Positions 16,998 through 24,000 of a DNA stretch of 24,000 nt are shown here, one piece after another. Below the pieces are notes generated by a model. That model was not told the origin of the DNA. It made no database searches and was given only the letters and a program-made list of their open reading frames with translations. Positions within the stretch are counted from its first letter, which is position 1. Each line of letters starts with the position of its first letter. The DNA comes from an uncultured Christensenellaceae bacterium (GTDB lineage Bacteria > Bacillota > Clostridia > Christensenellales > UBA3700), in NCBI GenBank assembly GCA_910588545.1, contig CAJUOU010000001.1, positions 81,982 to 105,981 of the forward strand, in the 5' to 3' direction. The position numbers and the translations under genes are program-made.

Positions 16998-17026
16998 GCA
17001 TATTGCAAAAGGCTTGGACATAAAAT
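16998..17026 (+). promoter_or_regulatory. Sigma-E-like mother-cell promoter candidate for the spoIIIA operon
   Basis: GCATATT (16998-17004), a 14-nt spacer, then CATAAAAT (17019-17026). This compares with the B. subtilis sigma-E consensus as I recall it (kmATATT-N14-CATACA-T). It lies 18 nt upstream of the ATG 17044 and overlaps the TTG start (17014) given in the ORF track. Confidence 0.4.
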
Positions 17027-17043
17027 TTAGCGTGGAGGTTGAT

Positions 17044-17448
17044 ATGGACAAGAAGTTGAAATTTGGAAAAGACGATTTAATAGATATAGTAAAAAGCAGC
17101 TTGATAGCGGTTGTTTGCTCTTTGGTATTGATTTTGGTATTTGCCATTATTATCAAGTTTACGGGTATTGAGGATAATATTATTTTAGTAATCAATATGA
17201 TTATAAAAAGTCTGAGCATAGTTATAGGAATATTGTTCGGTATAAAAAATGCCAGATTAGGTGCAGTTAAGGGGCTTTTTAGCGGTCTGTTATTTGTGCT
17301 TGTTTCGTACATATTGTTCGCAATAATCAATTTGGATGCAAAAATCGATTTGATGATGTTGATTGACAGTTTGATAATCTTGGTTGAAAGTTTAATTGCG
17401 GGTATTATCGCCGTAAATATTAAAGATAAAAGAGTGGAAAGAAGATGA
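17044..17448 (+). CDS. Small integral membrane protein (about 4 TM helices), translationally coupled to spoIIIAA
   Basis: It is a 134-aa hydrophobic protein with a GGAGG RBS 5 nt upstream of ATG 17044. Its stop overlaps the spoIIIAA start (ATGA at 17445-17448). It may belong to a small Firmicutes membrane-protein family (TIGR04086/YrzE-like), but I cannot verify this from memory. Confidence 0.6.
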   Translation: MDKKLKFGKDDLIDIVKSSLIAVVCSLVLILVFAIIIKFTGIEDNIILVINMIIKSLSIVIGILFGIKNARLGAVKGLFSGLLFVLVSYILFAIINLDAKIDLMMLIDSLIILVESLIAGIIAVNIKDKRVERR

Positions 17449-18290
17449 AACCGTCTTTAAAAAGATTGTTCCGCGAGCGTATGTGCGAGTGCTTGGAAAA
17501 GTTTGAAGAGCTTTGCGAAATTAGGGTAAGGAGTAATAAAAATTTAGTCGTTTACACTTTTGGCGGCAGGTATGTTACCGACTACATTGCAACGCAGGAA
17601 GATATTGACTATATTTTGAAAATTGCTACCTCCCGTTCTCTTTATGCAGTGGAAGAAAGCATAAAGTGTGGGTACATAAGTTGTGACGGTGGCATAAGAA
17701 TAGGTTTAAGCGGCGAAGCGGTTTTGGATAACGGTAAACTGAGGTCAATTAAAAATATTAATAGTTTGGTTATCAGAATTGCAAAGTCAGTGCAAAACTT
17801 GCCTATGGAAGTGCTACCTATCATAAATAACTTTGATAACACTTTGATTTTATCTCCGCCTTTTTTGGGAAAGACTACCTTACTTAGGGAAATGACAAGG
17901 CGTCTTTCTGATAAAGGCAATGATATTTTGGTCATCGACGAGCGAAACGAAATTTCTGCAACTGTAGACGGCAAGCAAAATTTGGATTTGGGGGCAAATA
18001 CAGATGTTATGGTAGGAGTACCTAAAATAGCATGTTATGAGGGTGCAGTAAGAACAATGGCACCGGATATTATCGTAACTGACGAAATTTTTGGCGAACG
18101 GGAAGTGGATTGTTTGGTGGACAGTGTTCGAAGCGGCGTTAAAGTTATGGCGACAGCCCATGCCTGTAATATAGACAAGTTTCTTTTAAATAAAAGTTAT
18201 GCACCGCTCAAAGAAATAATGGCAAACTATCTTTTGCTTGGGGATTCGGTAGGTGCCGTCAAGGAGGTTCGTTATAATTGTTCGGTTTGA
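17445..18290 (+). CDS. spoIIIAA: Stage III sporulation protein AA (secretion-type ATPase)
   Basis: It has Walker A (SPPFLGKTTLLREM) and Walker B (ILVIDE) motifs, an IRIG... region and a family-typical length. It is followed by the canonical AB-AH series. Confidence 0.9.
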   Translation: MKPSLKRLFRERMCECLEKFEELCEIRVRSNKNLVVYTFGGRYVTDYIATQEDIDYILKIATSRSLYAVEESIKCGYISCDGGIRIGLSGEAVLDNGKLRSIKNINSLVIRIAKSVQNLPMEVLPIINNFDNTLILSPPFLGKTTLLREMTRRLSDKGNDILVIDERNEISATVDGKQNLDLGANTDVMVGVPKIACYEGAVRTMAPDIIVTDEIFGEREVDCLVDSVRSGVKVMATAHACNIDKFLLNKSYAPLKEIMANYLLLGDSVGAVKEVRYNCSV

Positions 18291-18772
18291 TTTGCGGAGC
18301 TGTAATTTGTATTGCCGTATCATTTGTAGGACTTATAATAAAAAGAAAATATAAGACAAACGCTGATTTTATGGCAATTTATCTAGATTTTATCGGTTAT
18401 GTCAAAACAGAAATTGCAAATAACAAAACGCCGATTTTTACTATTATAGATAATTACATATCACGTGATGTAAATGTATTTACCAAAGTGCTCAAAGTTA
18501 TAAACGGCAACTTGAAAAAGGATGTTGTTGACACCGAAAACTATCCCAAGGAATGCGCGCTTGTAGATAAAAAACGAATACAATGGCTGATTTCGGATAT
18601 CGCAAGCATTGGAAAATACGACAGCGTCACAGAGGTAAACAAGCTCAAAAGTATAGAGGAAAGGGTAAAAATCGATTGCGATTTGGCTGCGACTAAATAT
18701 AAAAAGGATGGTGTTATGGCATTCAAATTATCTGTACTTATTGGCATTGCCATTATGATAATTTTATGCTGA
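18278..18772 (+). CDS. spoIIIAB: Stage III sporulation protein AB
   Basis: It has an N-terminal TM, a helical cytoplasmic domain and a C-terminal TM in about 164 aa. It sits between AA and AC and overlaps the AA stop by 13 nt (TTG start). Confidence 0.8.
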   Translation: MFGLICGAVICIAVSFVGLIIKRKYKTNADFMAIYLDFIGYVKTEIANNKTPIFTIIDNYISRDVNVFTKVLKVINGNLKKDVVDTENYPKECALVDKKRIQWLISDIASIGKYDSVTEVNKLKSIEERVKIDCDLAATKYKKDGVMAFKLSVLIGIAIMIILC

Positions 18773-18779
18773 TAAAAGT

Positions 18780-18977
18780 ATGGGGATTGATATAGTTTTT
18801 AAAATTGCGGGAGTAGGGCTAATAACTTGGATAATCAATAGTGTACTCAAAAAAGCGGACAAGGATGAAATTGCATCTTTTGTTACCATTGCGGGACTTA
18901 TTATTGTGCTTTCAATCATTTTGGATATGATAGGTGGTTTGTATAGCAGTATAAAATCACTTTTGCAGTTATATTAA
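18780..18977 (+). CDS. spoIIIAC: Stage III sporulation protein AC
   Basis: The 65-aa two-TM protein IVFKIAGVGLITWIINSVLKKADKDEIASFVTIAGLIIVL matches the SpoIIIAC pattern. Confidence 0.9.
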   Translation: MGIDIVFKIAGVGLITWIINSVLKKADKDEIASFVTIAGLIIVLSIILDMIGGLYSSIKSLLQLY

Positions 18978-19363
18978 TGGATATTTTTAAAATTATAGCA
19001 ATAGGTTTGATAGGGGCAATTATAGTAGTTATGCTTAGGGCGATAAAGTCGGATTTGAGTATCATGGCGACTCTTGCTACAGGCATAGTTATTGTGATAA
19101 TTACACTTACATATATAAGTGATGTCATTGTTGCTTTTAATCAAATAGTGGACAAGACCGGTTTGAACAGCAAGCTTTTTGCATCCCTTTTAAAGATTGT
19201 AGGCATAGGATATCTTACCGAATATTCAAGCGGCATGTGCGAAGATATGGGCAGTCCAAGCCTCGGCAAAAAAATTCAGTTTAGCGGTAAGATAGCGATA
19301 TTTTTGATGGCTATCCCTGTGGTCACCGCGCTTATAAATACAGTAGCAAATTTGTTAAAATGA
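18977..19363 (+). CDS. spoIIIAD: Stage III sporulation protein AD
   Basis: MDIFKIIAIGLIGAIIVVMLR...LLKIVGIGYLTEYSSGMCEDMG...GKKIQFSGKIAIFLMAIPV matches the SpoIIIAD pattern. The start overlaps the AC stop (TAATG). Confidence 0.9.
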   Translation: MDIFKIIAIGLIGAIIVVMLRAIKSDLSIMATLATGIVIVIITLTYISDVIVAFNQIVDKTGLNSKLFASLLKIVGIGYLTEYSSGMCEDMGSPSLGKKIQFSGKIAIFLMAIPVVTALINTVANLLK

Positions 19364-19370
19364 GGTAAGT

Positions 19371-20585
19371 ATGCGTCAAAAATCGGCATTAAATCGTAAA
19401 ATTTGTATTTTTTTGTTAATAGCTTCGATATTGGTTTTGACGCTTTGTATATTACCGTTAATGTCGTCAAATGTAAGTGCCACCACCAAAGCTGAGGAAG
19501 AAATCAAAGAAGAATTGGAAAAAAATGTGGACGAAAACTTAAATGACATTGACTTTTCCGAGCTTATTGATTTTGAAAAAAATTTGGGTAGCAATGTATA
19601 TGAAGGTGGAGTGACACAGCTTATCAAAGACATATTGTCGGGAAAATATTCAGGTGGATTTGCCGATACCTTTAACATGCTAATAAATATGCTCGGAACT
19701 TCCGTCAAAGGATTCATACCTTTGCTTGTGACATTGATTGCAGTAAGTATAATTTTTAGTATTGTAAATGGTTTGACATCGGGTTTTATGTCCAAGTCTA
19801 CAACGGAGATAATTCACTTTGTATGTTACTCTGCAATAATTGTTTTGCTTATGACAGAAGTTACTTTTTTGATAAGCGACAGTGTCAAAGCCATACAAAA
19901 TATGGCAAAGTTTATGGAAATTATTTTCCCGATTATGCTAACTTTGGTAACGGCGCTTGGAGGGATTGCGACTACAGCGACCTACAGCCCTATGATGACA
20001 GTGCTATCCGTAGGTGTAACCAAAATTATAAGCAATATAGTTTTACCATGCTTTATAGCGACTATGGCTTTATCGATAGTCGGCTTCATTTCAAAAGACA
20101 TAAAATTAAACAAATTGACAAAGTTTTTCAAAAGTGCGGGAGAAGTAATAATCGGTGTCGTATTTGGGTTATTTACAACATTTATCACGACAAATGGGAT
20201 AAGTGGTGCGATTACGGATAATATCTCGATAAAATCTGCAAAGTTTGCAATATCAAGTTATGTTCCCGTGTTGGGCGGTTATTTGAGTGATGGGTTGGAT
20301 TTGGCTGTCGCAAGTGTAATGCTTGTTAAAAATGCAGTAGGTGTCGGTGGAGTAATATTGATGCTTTCTATCATACTATCCCCGGTTATTAAAATATTGG
20401 TTTTTTCGCTAGGCTTAAAATTGGTGGCAGGTATAATAGAGCCTATCGGTAATAAGCGTATGAGTGAAATTGTTTATGCAATCAGCAAAAATTTAACTTT
20501 GCTTGTTATTGCAATGCTTGGTATGGCTTTTATGTTTTTTATAATGATGATTTTGATTTTGCTTACCTGCAATGCGGGGATATAA
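19371..20585 (+). CDS. spoIIIAE: Stage III sporulation protein AE
   Basis: It is a 404-aa polytopic membrane protein with a signal peptide. The conserved segment SIKSAKFAISSYVPVLGGYLSDGLDLA is typical of SpoIIIAE. Confidence 0.9.
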   Translation: MRQKSALNRKICIFLLIASILVLTLCILPLMSSNVSATTKAEEEIKEELEKNVDENLNDIDFSELIDFEKNLGSNVYEGGVTQLIKDILSGKYSGGFADTFNMLINMLGTSVKGFIPLLVTLIAVSIIFSIVNGLTSGFMSKSTTEIIHFVCYSAIIVLLMTEVTFLISDSVKAIQNMAKFMEIIFPIMLTLVTALGGIATTATYSPMMTVLSVGVTKIISNIVLPCFIATMALSIVGFISKDIKLNKLTKFFKSAGEVIIGVVFGLFTTFITTNGISGAITDNISIKSAKFAISSYVPVLGGYLSDGLDLAVASVMLVKNAVGVGGVILMLSIILSPVIKILVFSLGLKLVAGIIEPIGNKRMSEIVYAISKNLTLLVIAMLGMAFMFFIMMILILLTCNAGI

Positions 20586-20689
20586 TTAACTGTTAAATAT
20601 CATATCGATAATTTTAATAAAAAATAAGTTTACAGTCATAAATGCTTTATGTTTAATAGTACAAATTATTGATTTTGACGGAGAAATAA

Positions 20690-21139
20690 ATGAATGCTTG
20701 GTTACTTTCTATCGTAGGGGTGGTGTCCTTGGGAGTGCTGCTTGAGATATTACTTGCAGACGGCGAAACCTCCAAATACATAAAAGGTGTGTTTGCTTTG
20801 GCGGTTGTGTTGGTACTTGTTGCCCCGATACCAAAATTTTTGAATAAAAATTTTGACATAAACGAATTTTTTGGGGATGAAATAGTTGCTCAATCTACAT
20901 TTTTGCAGAGTGTAAACGAAAGACGCAATATCGAAAGAGAAAATAAAGTTTTAGCTGAACTCAAAAAATCGAATATTTCAGCCGAAAAGGTGCGTGTTTA
21001 TTATCTTCGCGGAGATTTAGACTATATAGATGTTGTAAAAGTTTACTTAAATGGAGATTGCGACAATGATAAAATTTTGGATATAGTATCGCAAAAGGTC
21101 GGTTGCGACAAAAATAAAATAAAAATATATTCTTCTTGA
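20690..21139 (+). CDS. spoIIIAF: Stage III sporulation protein AF
   Basis: The N-terminus WLLSIVGVVSLGVLLEILLADGETSKYIKGVFALAVVLVLVAP is typical of SpoIIIAF. A GGAG RBS is present. Confidence 0.85.
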   Translation: MNAWLLSIVGVVSLGVLLEILLADGETSKYIKGVFALAVVLVLVAPIPKFLNKNFDINEFFGDEIVAQSTFLQSVNERRNIERENKVLAELKKSNISAEKVRVYYLRGDLDYIDVVKVYLNGDCDNDKILDIVSQKVGCDKNKIKIYSS

Positions 21140-21193
21140 TATTAATTTATTTTGTAATCATTTTAAAATATAAATAAATTGTGGGGGCATTGT

Positions 21194-21742
21194 ATGGAAA
21201 ACAATAATATAATTGATAACCGCGAAAAGAACAGCAGTAAAAGCGATAAATTGAACAAATTGATAAAAAATAAAAAATTTCAAATTATTTTTGCAGTTGT
21301 TGTTCTATTTGTTGTAATCGTTGCATACTTTAGTTATGTAAATGTGAAAGACAAGGACAAGCAAGTAACACTGAGTGACGGCACGGAATTAACTTCACAA
21401 ATTCAAAAAGTATTGAGCAAAATAAAGGGGGTAGGTGATGTAAACGTTTTGATAGTGTATGACGGTGGCGAGCAACTTGAAATCGCTTCAAAAGTAGATA
21501 AAAGGACAGACAGAGTGGAAGACGACGGAAGAGTAACCGAAATAATCGAAGAAACAATAACACCTATCCTTACAAACGGCAACGAACCATTGGTTATAGG
21601 CACTAAAAGGGCTAAAATCGACGGTGTTGTGGTAGTGGCAAAAGGTGGAGATGACCCTAAGGTAAGAGTAGCTATTATGCAAGCCTTGGCGACCTTATTA
21701 AAAATTGAATATAATTGCATAAATGTATTTAGTATGGAATAA
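21194..21742 (+). CDS. spoIIIAG: Stage III sporulation protein AG
   Basis: It has a single TM, and its C-terminal domain contains PKIDGVVVVAKGGDDPKVRVAIMQALATLL, matching the SpoIIIAG ring-forming domain pattern (I.GVlVVAeGa.....k..I..Av..lL). ATG 21194 is preferred over TTG 21179. Confidence 0.85.
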   Translation: MENNNIIDNREKNSSKSDKLNKLIKNKKFQIIFAVVVLFVVIVAYFSYVNVKDKDKQVTLSDGTELTSQIQKVLSKIKGVGDVNVLIVYDGGEQLEIASKVDKRTDRVEDDGRVTEIIEETITPILTNGNEPLVIGTKRAKIDGVVVVAKGGDDPKVRVAIMQALATLLKIEYNCINVFSME

Positions 21743-21767
21743 AATATATTAGAAATCGGAGGTAGTT

Positions 21768-22268
21768 ATGAAAATTAAATTGACAGAAAACAGAAAGAAA
21801 ATCCTTGTACTTAGTTGTATGGTAGTGCTATTGGTTGTAGCAGGCACATTGAGCATTGTATTGAACTTAAATGCCGGTAAAACTCCGGATAATAGTTTGG
21901 ACGGAACTCAAAGCACTTTCTTCAGTGAACTTCAAAGCGACAAAGAACTTAGAAAAAATGAGCAAATTGCTTTATTGGATGCAATTATCAATAATGATAA
22001 TTCTACTAAGGAAGCTATTGCAAATGCAGAGGCAGAGAAACTTGCAATCGTTACAAATATCAAAACCGAAATGGCTTTAGAGTCTATGATAAAATCTAAA
22101 GGTTTCCAAAATGTTGCAGTTATGATTGGAAATGAAAAGATTAACGTGTTTGTGGACAAAGCAGAGCTTTTGGACGAAGAGACAGCAACAATTTGCTCCT
22201 TGATTATGGAACAAACCAAGTTCACAATCGCTGATATCATTATTAATCCTACAGTTCAATCTAACTGA
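21768..22268 (+). CDS. spoIIIAH: Stage III sporulation protein AH
   Basis: It has an N-terminal TM, and its C-terminal region carries the F...R..R (FFSELQSDKELRKNE) and KGFQNVAVMIGNEKINVFV motifs typical of SpoIIIAH. It is the last gene of the operon and has a GGAGG RBS. Confidence 0.8.
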   Translation: MKIKLTENRKKILVLSCMVVLLVVAGTLSIVLNLNAGKTPDNSLDGTQSTFFSELQSDKELRKNEQIALLDAIINNDNSTKEAIANAEAEKLAIVTNIKTEMALESMIKSKGFQNVAVMIGNEKINVFVDKAELLDEETATICSLIMEQTKFTIADIIINPTVQSN

Positions 22269-22287
22269 AATCAACAATAATAAATTA

Positions 22288-22309
22288 AAGCGGCACTAAG
22301 GTGCCGCTT
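22288..22309 (+). terminator. Intrinsic terminator of the spoIIIA operon
   Basis: A GC-rich 9-bp stem, AAGCGGCAC (22288-22296) with GTGCCGCTT (22301-22309), has a 4-nt loop and is followed by ATTTAATTTT. Confidence 0.75.
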
Positions 22310-22608
22310 ATTTAATTTTATGGCTTTAGCCCCGATTTTTGTCGGTTTTTTGTTGTTTTACGATTTTAAGTGTGATTGTCTTAAATTTAATAAGCTTGGC
22401 TGTAAGTTAGGTAAGCGTAAGTAATAAAAACTGCGAAAAGCTTTTCAAAAATTAAAAAAATAAATATAAGTAAAAAACTCTCAAGAGGGAATTTTTTACA
22501 TTAAAACAGTCAAAATAGAAGTTTTTCTTTTTTTTGTTTGAAATTGTAATAAAATTGTGCATAATTTTTGTATAAATTTATAAAATATATAAAATTATAA
22601 ATTAAATC

Positions 22609-22637
22609 TTGATTTTATAATATTTTTATGCTAAAAT
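22609..22637 (+). promoter_or_regulatory. Sigma-A promoter candidate for the asp23-nusB-folD unit
   Basis: TTGATT (22609-22614), a 17-nt spacer, then TAAAAT (22632-22637) preceded by TGC (extended -10). It lies about 40 nt upstream of ATG 22680. Confidence 0.5.
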
Positions 22638-22679
22638 ATATTCGTATAATTATAAATAAATTATTATAAAAGGAGCGTT

Positions 22680-23012
22680 ATGGATAATACACTTAATCAA
22701 AATACTTATATAAGTCTAATAGGCTCAATTATTTCCGCTGCTGCATCCAAAGCAAAAGGTGTTGCATCTATCAGTACCGAAAGTGGAATAACAAATAAAT
22801 TTACATCCAAAAATGGTTTTGATGGTATGGAAATTGTTATAACTCACTCTAACTTGGTGGTAATATCATTATCTATCAATGCCTATTACGGTTATCCGTT
22901 GCCGGAAATCGTAAGTGAATTGCAAAATGCAATAAAACAAGGTGTAGAGGAGCAAACAAACTTTAAAGTAAAAGCTATCAACGTAAACGTTGTGGGCGTT
23001 GTTTTTGTTTAA
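22680..23012 (+). CDS. Asp23/Gls24 family envelope-stress protein (YqhY-like)
   Basis: The sequence has the Asp23-family pattern (I..ia..aa....GV..........G......g.....V.....vnV.v.v.yG..i.....lq..v...ve..t...V..vnV.V..v). Its position directly upstream of nusB-folD matches yqhY in B. subtilis. Confidence 0.75.
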   Translation: MDNTLNQNTYISLIGSIISAAASKAKGVASISTESGITNKFTSKNGFDGMEIVITHSNLVVISLSINAYYGYPLPEIVSELQNAIKQGVEEQTNFKVKAINVNVVGVVFV

Positions 23013-23044
23013 TAAATGAGCAAGAAGATAAAAGGAATTTAATA

Positions 23045-23452
23045 ATGAATAGGAAAAAAGCAAGAGAATACGCTTATCAAATGATTTTTAGTTATCTTTT
23101 TAATAACGAAAAAGATGAGTATATATTGGAAAAATGCAATGCGGACAAAGATTTGTCAAATGAAGATGCCGAGTATGTAAATTTGACATTCAACAATGCA
23201 ACCGCAAATTTAGACGAGATTAAAAGTTGCATACAACAGTATGCAATAGGTTATCAGTTGGATAGAATTTATAAGCCTGACCTGGCTGTGTTGATTTTGG
23301 CCATTGCAGAAATGAAGTATAATGACGAAGTGCCTGACAGCGTTGCTATCAGCGAAGCAGTTTGCATTATCAAAAAATATTCTACCGCAAAAAGCGGTCC
23401 GTTTGTAAACGGAATTTTGGCGAGTGTATATAAGGAGCTAAATAAACAATGA
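23045..23452 (+). CDS. nusB: Transcription antitermination factor NusB
   Basis: RKKAREYAYQMIFSY...LDRIYKPDLAVLILAIAEMKY..EVPDSVAISEAVCIIKKYSTAKSGPFVNGILASV matches the NusB signature. Confidence 0.9.
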   Translation: MNRKKAREYAYQMIFSYLFNNEKDEYILEKCNADKDLSNEDAEYVNLTFNNATANLDEIKSCIQQYAIGYQLDRIYKPDLAVLILAIAEMKYNDEVPDSVAISEAVCIIKKYSTAKSGPFVNGILASVYKELNKQ

Positions 23453-24000
23453 ATATAATAAACGGAAAAGAAGTATCTAAAAAAACAAGGGAAAAAGTTG
23501 CCCTTATGGTCAAAGATTTTATTGCCGAAAAAGGTAGAATACCTTGTCTTGCAGTTATATTGGTAGGGGAAGACCCTGCATCGCAAACTTATGTTAAAAA
23601 CAAAATCATAGGTTGTGAAGAAGTAGGTATGAAATCGTTATCTTATAGATTGCCTGCAAACAGCACAAATGACGAGGTTGCAAAAATTATAAAAGATTTG
23701 GCTGCAGATAGTACTGTTGACGGAATTTTGATTCAGTTGCCTTTGCCAAAAGGTTTGGATGAAAGATATTTGCTTTCGCTTATACCTGACAGTAAAGATG
23801 TGGACGGCTTTAGTCCTAACAATTTGGGTTTGCTTGCAATGAACAATCCAAGGACTGTAAGTTGCACGCCTTACGGAGTTATGGAGTTATTGGCATCTAC
23901 AGGGGTTAATTTGAGCGGCAAAAATGCAGTTGTAATCGGTAGGAGCAATACTGTAGGAAAGCCTATGGCAATGTTGCTTTTAAATGCAAATTGTACGGTT
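23449..24000 (+). CDS. folD: Bifunctional methylenetetrahydrofolate dehydrogenase/methenyl-THF cyclohydrolase FolD, 3'-truncated by the window edge
   Basis: ATG 23449 overlaps the nusB stop (ATGA). My translation reads MNIINGKEVSKKTREKV...LAVILVGEDPASQTYVKNK...VDGILIQLPLP...DVDGFSPNNLG...CTPYGVMELL...GKNAVVIGRSNTVGKPMAMLL, which is the classic FolD pattern. The frame stays open to base 24000. Confidence 0.9.
   Translation, partial: MNIINGKEVSKKTREKVALMVKDFIAEKGRIPCLAVILVGEDPASQTYVKNKIIGCEEVGMKSLSYRLPANSTNDEVAKIIKDLAADSTVDGILIQLPLPKGLDERYLLSLIPDSKDVDGFSPNNLGLLAMNNPRTVSCTPYGVMELLASTGVNLSGKNAVVIGRSNTVGKPMAMLLLNANCTV

Noticed and set aside
22320-22424. 34-codon small ORF (MALAPIFVGFLLFYDFKCDCLKFNKLGCKLGKRK) just after the spoIIIA terminator. 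It has a hydrophobic N-terminus and a Cys- and Lys-rich tail.
   Set aside because: There is no Shine-Dalgarno sequence, and the ATG sits 11 nt after the terminator stem with no promoter in between. In 411 bp of AT-rich spacer an ORF of this size is expected by chance. It is worth a glance only if ribosome profiling or peptidomics data exist.
1-24000. Scan for tRNA, rRNA, CRISPR arrays, riboswitch or T-box leaders, transposase or integrase genes and toxin-antitoxin pairs.
   Set aside because: I saw no cloverleaf-like or rRNA-like sequence, no regularly spaced direct repeats, no recognisable riboswitch cores in the long leaders (7704-8055, 10857-11201, 11850-12057, 22310-22679), and no mobile-element ORFs. 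A covariance-model scan (Infernal/Rfam, tRNAscan-SE) would be needed to exclude small RNAs formally.

Overview
The window is AT-rich chromosomal DNA of a Firmicutes/Clostridia-type endospore former, and most of it is core sporulation, germination and housekeeping genes. In order: a 5'-truncated MazG-like NTP pyrophosphohydrolase, a deoxyinosine/UDG-family glycosylase, yegP (-), spoIIR, sleB-ypeB, a 1043-aa surface protein (beta-helix, MBG-like repeats, dockerin), a DUF1846/UPF0371 protein, prs, an MBL-fold hydrolase, and rho with an N-terminal insertion. These are followed by a minus-strand block (spoVB-like flippase, DUF421, DUF4363), a LysM protein, a small membrane protein coupled to spoIIIAA-AH, then asp23-family, nusB and folD (3'-truncated). 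I saw no tRNA, rRNA, CRISPR array, transposase or recombinase gene. The main non-core signal is a candidate invertible promoter just upstream of the surface protein gene. Near-perfect 26-bp inverted repeats (4376-4401 and 4523-4548) bracket 121 bp that carry a near-consensus sigma-A promoter currently pointing away from the gene. This resembles a recombinase-driven phase-variation switch captured in the OFF state. Secondary observations are an over-represented dispersed motif CAAAAATCGG(N)ATTAAA, an extra membrane-protein gene with a sigma-E-like promoter at the head of the spoIIIA operon, a sigma-F-like promoter for spoIIR, and the Rho insertion domain. All product calls rest on my own recognition of the translated ORFs and sequence motifs. 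No database search was run.
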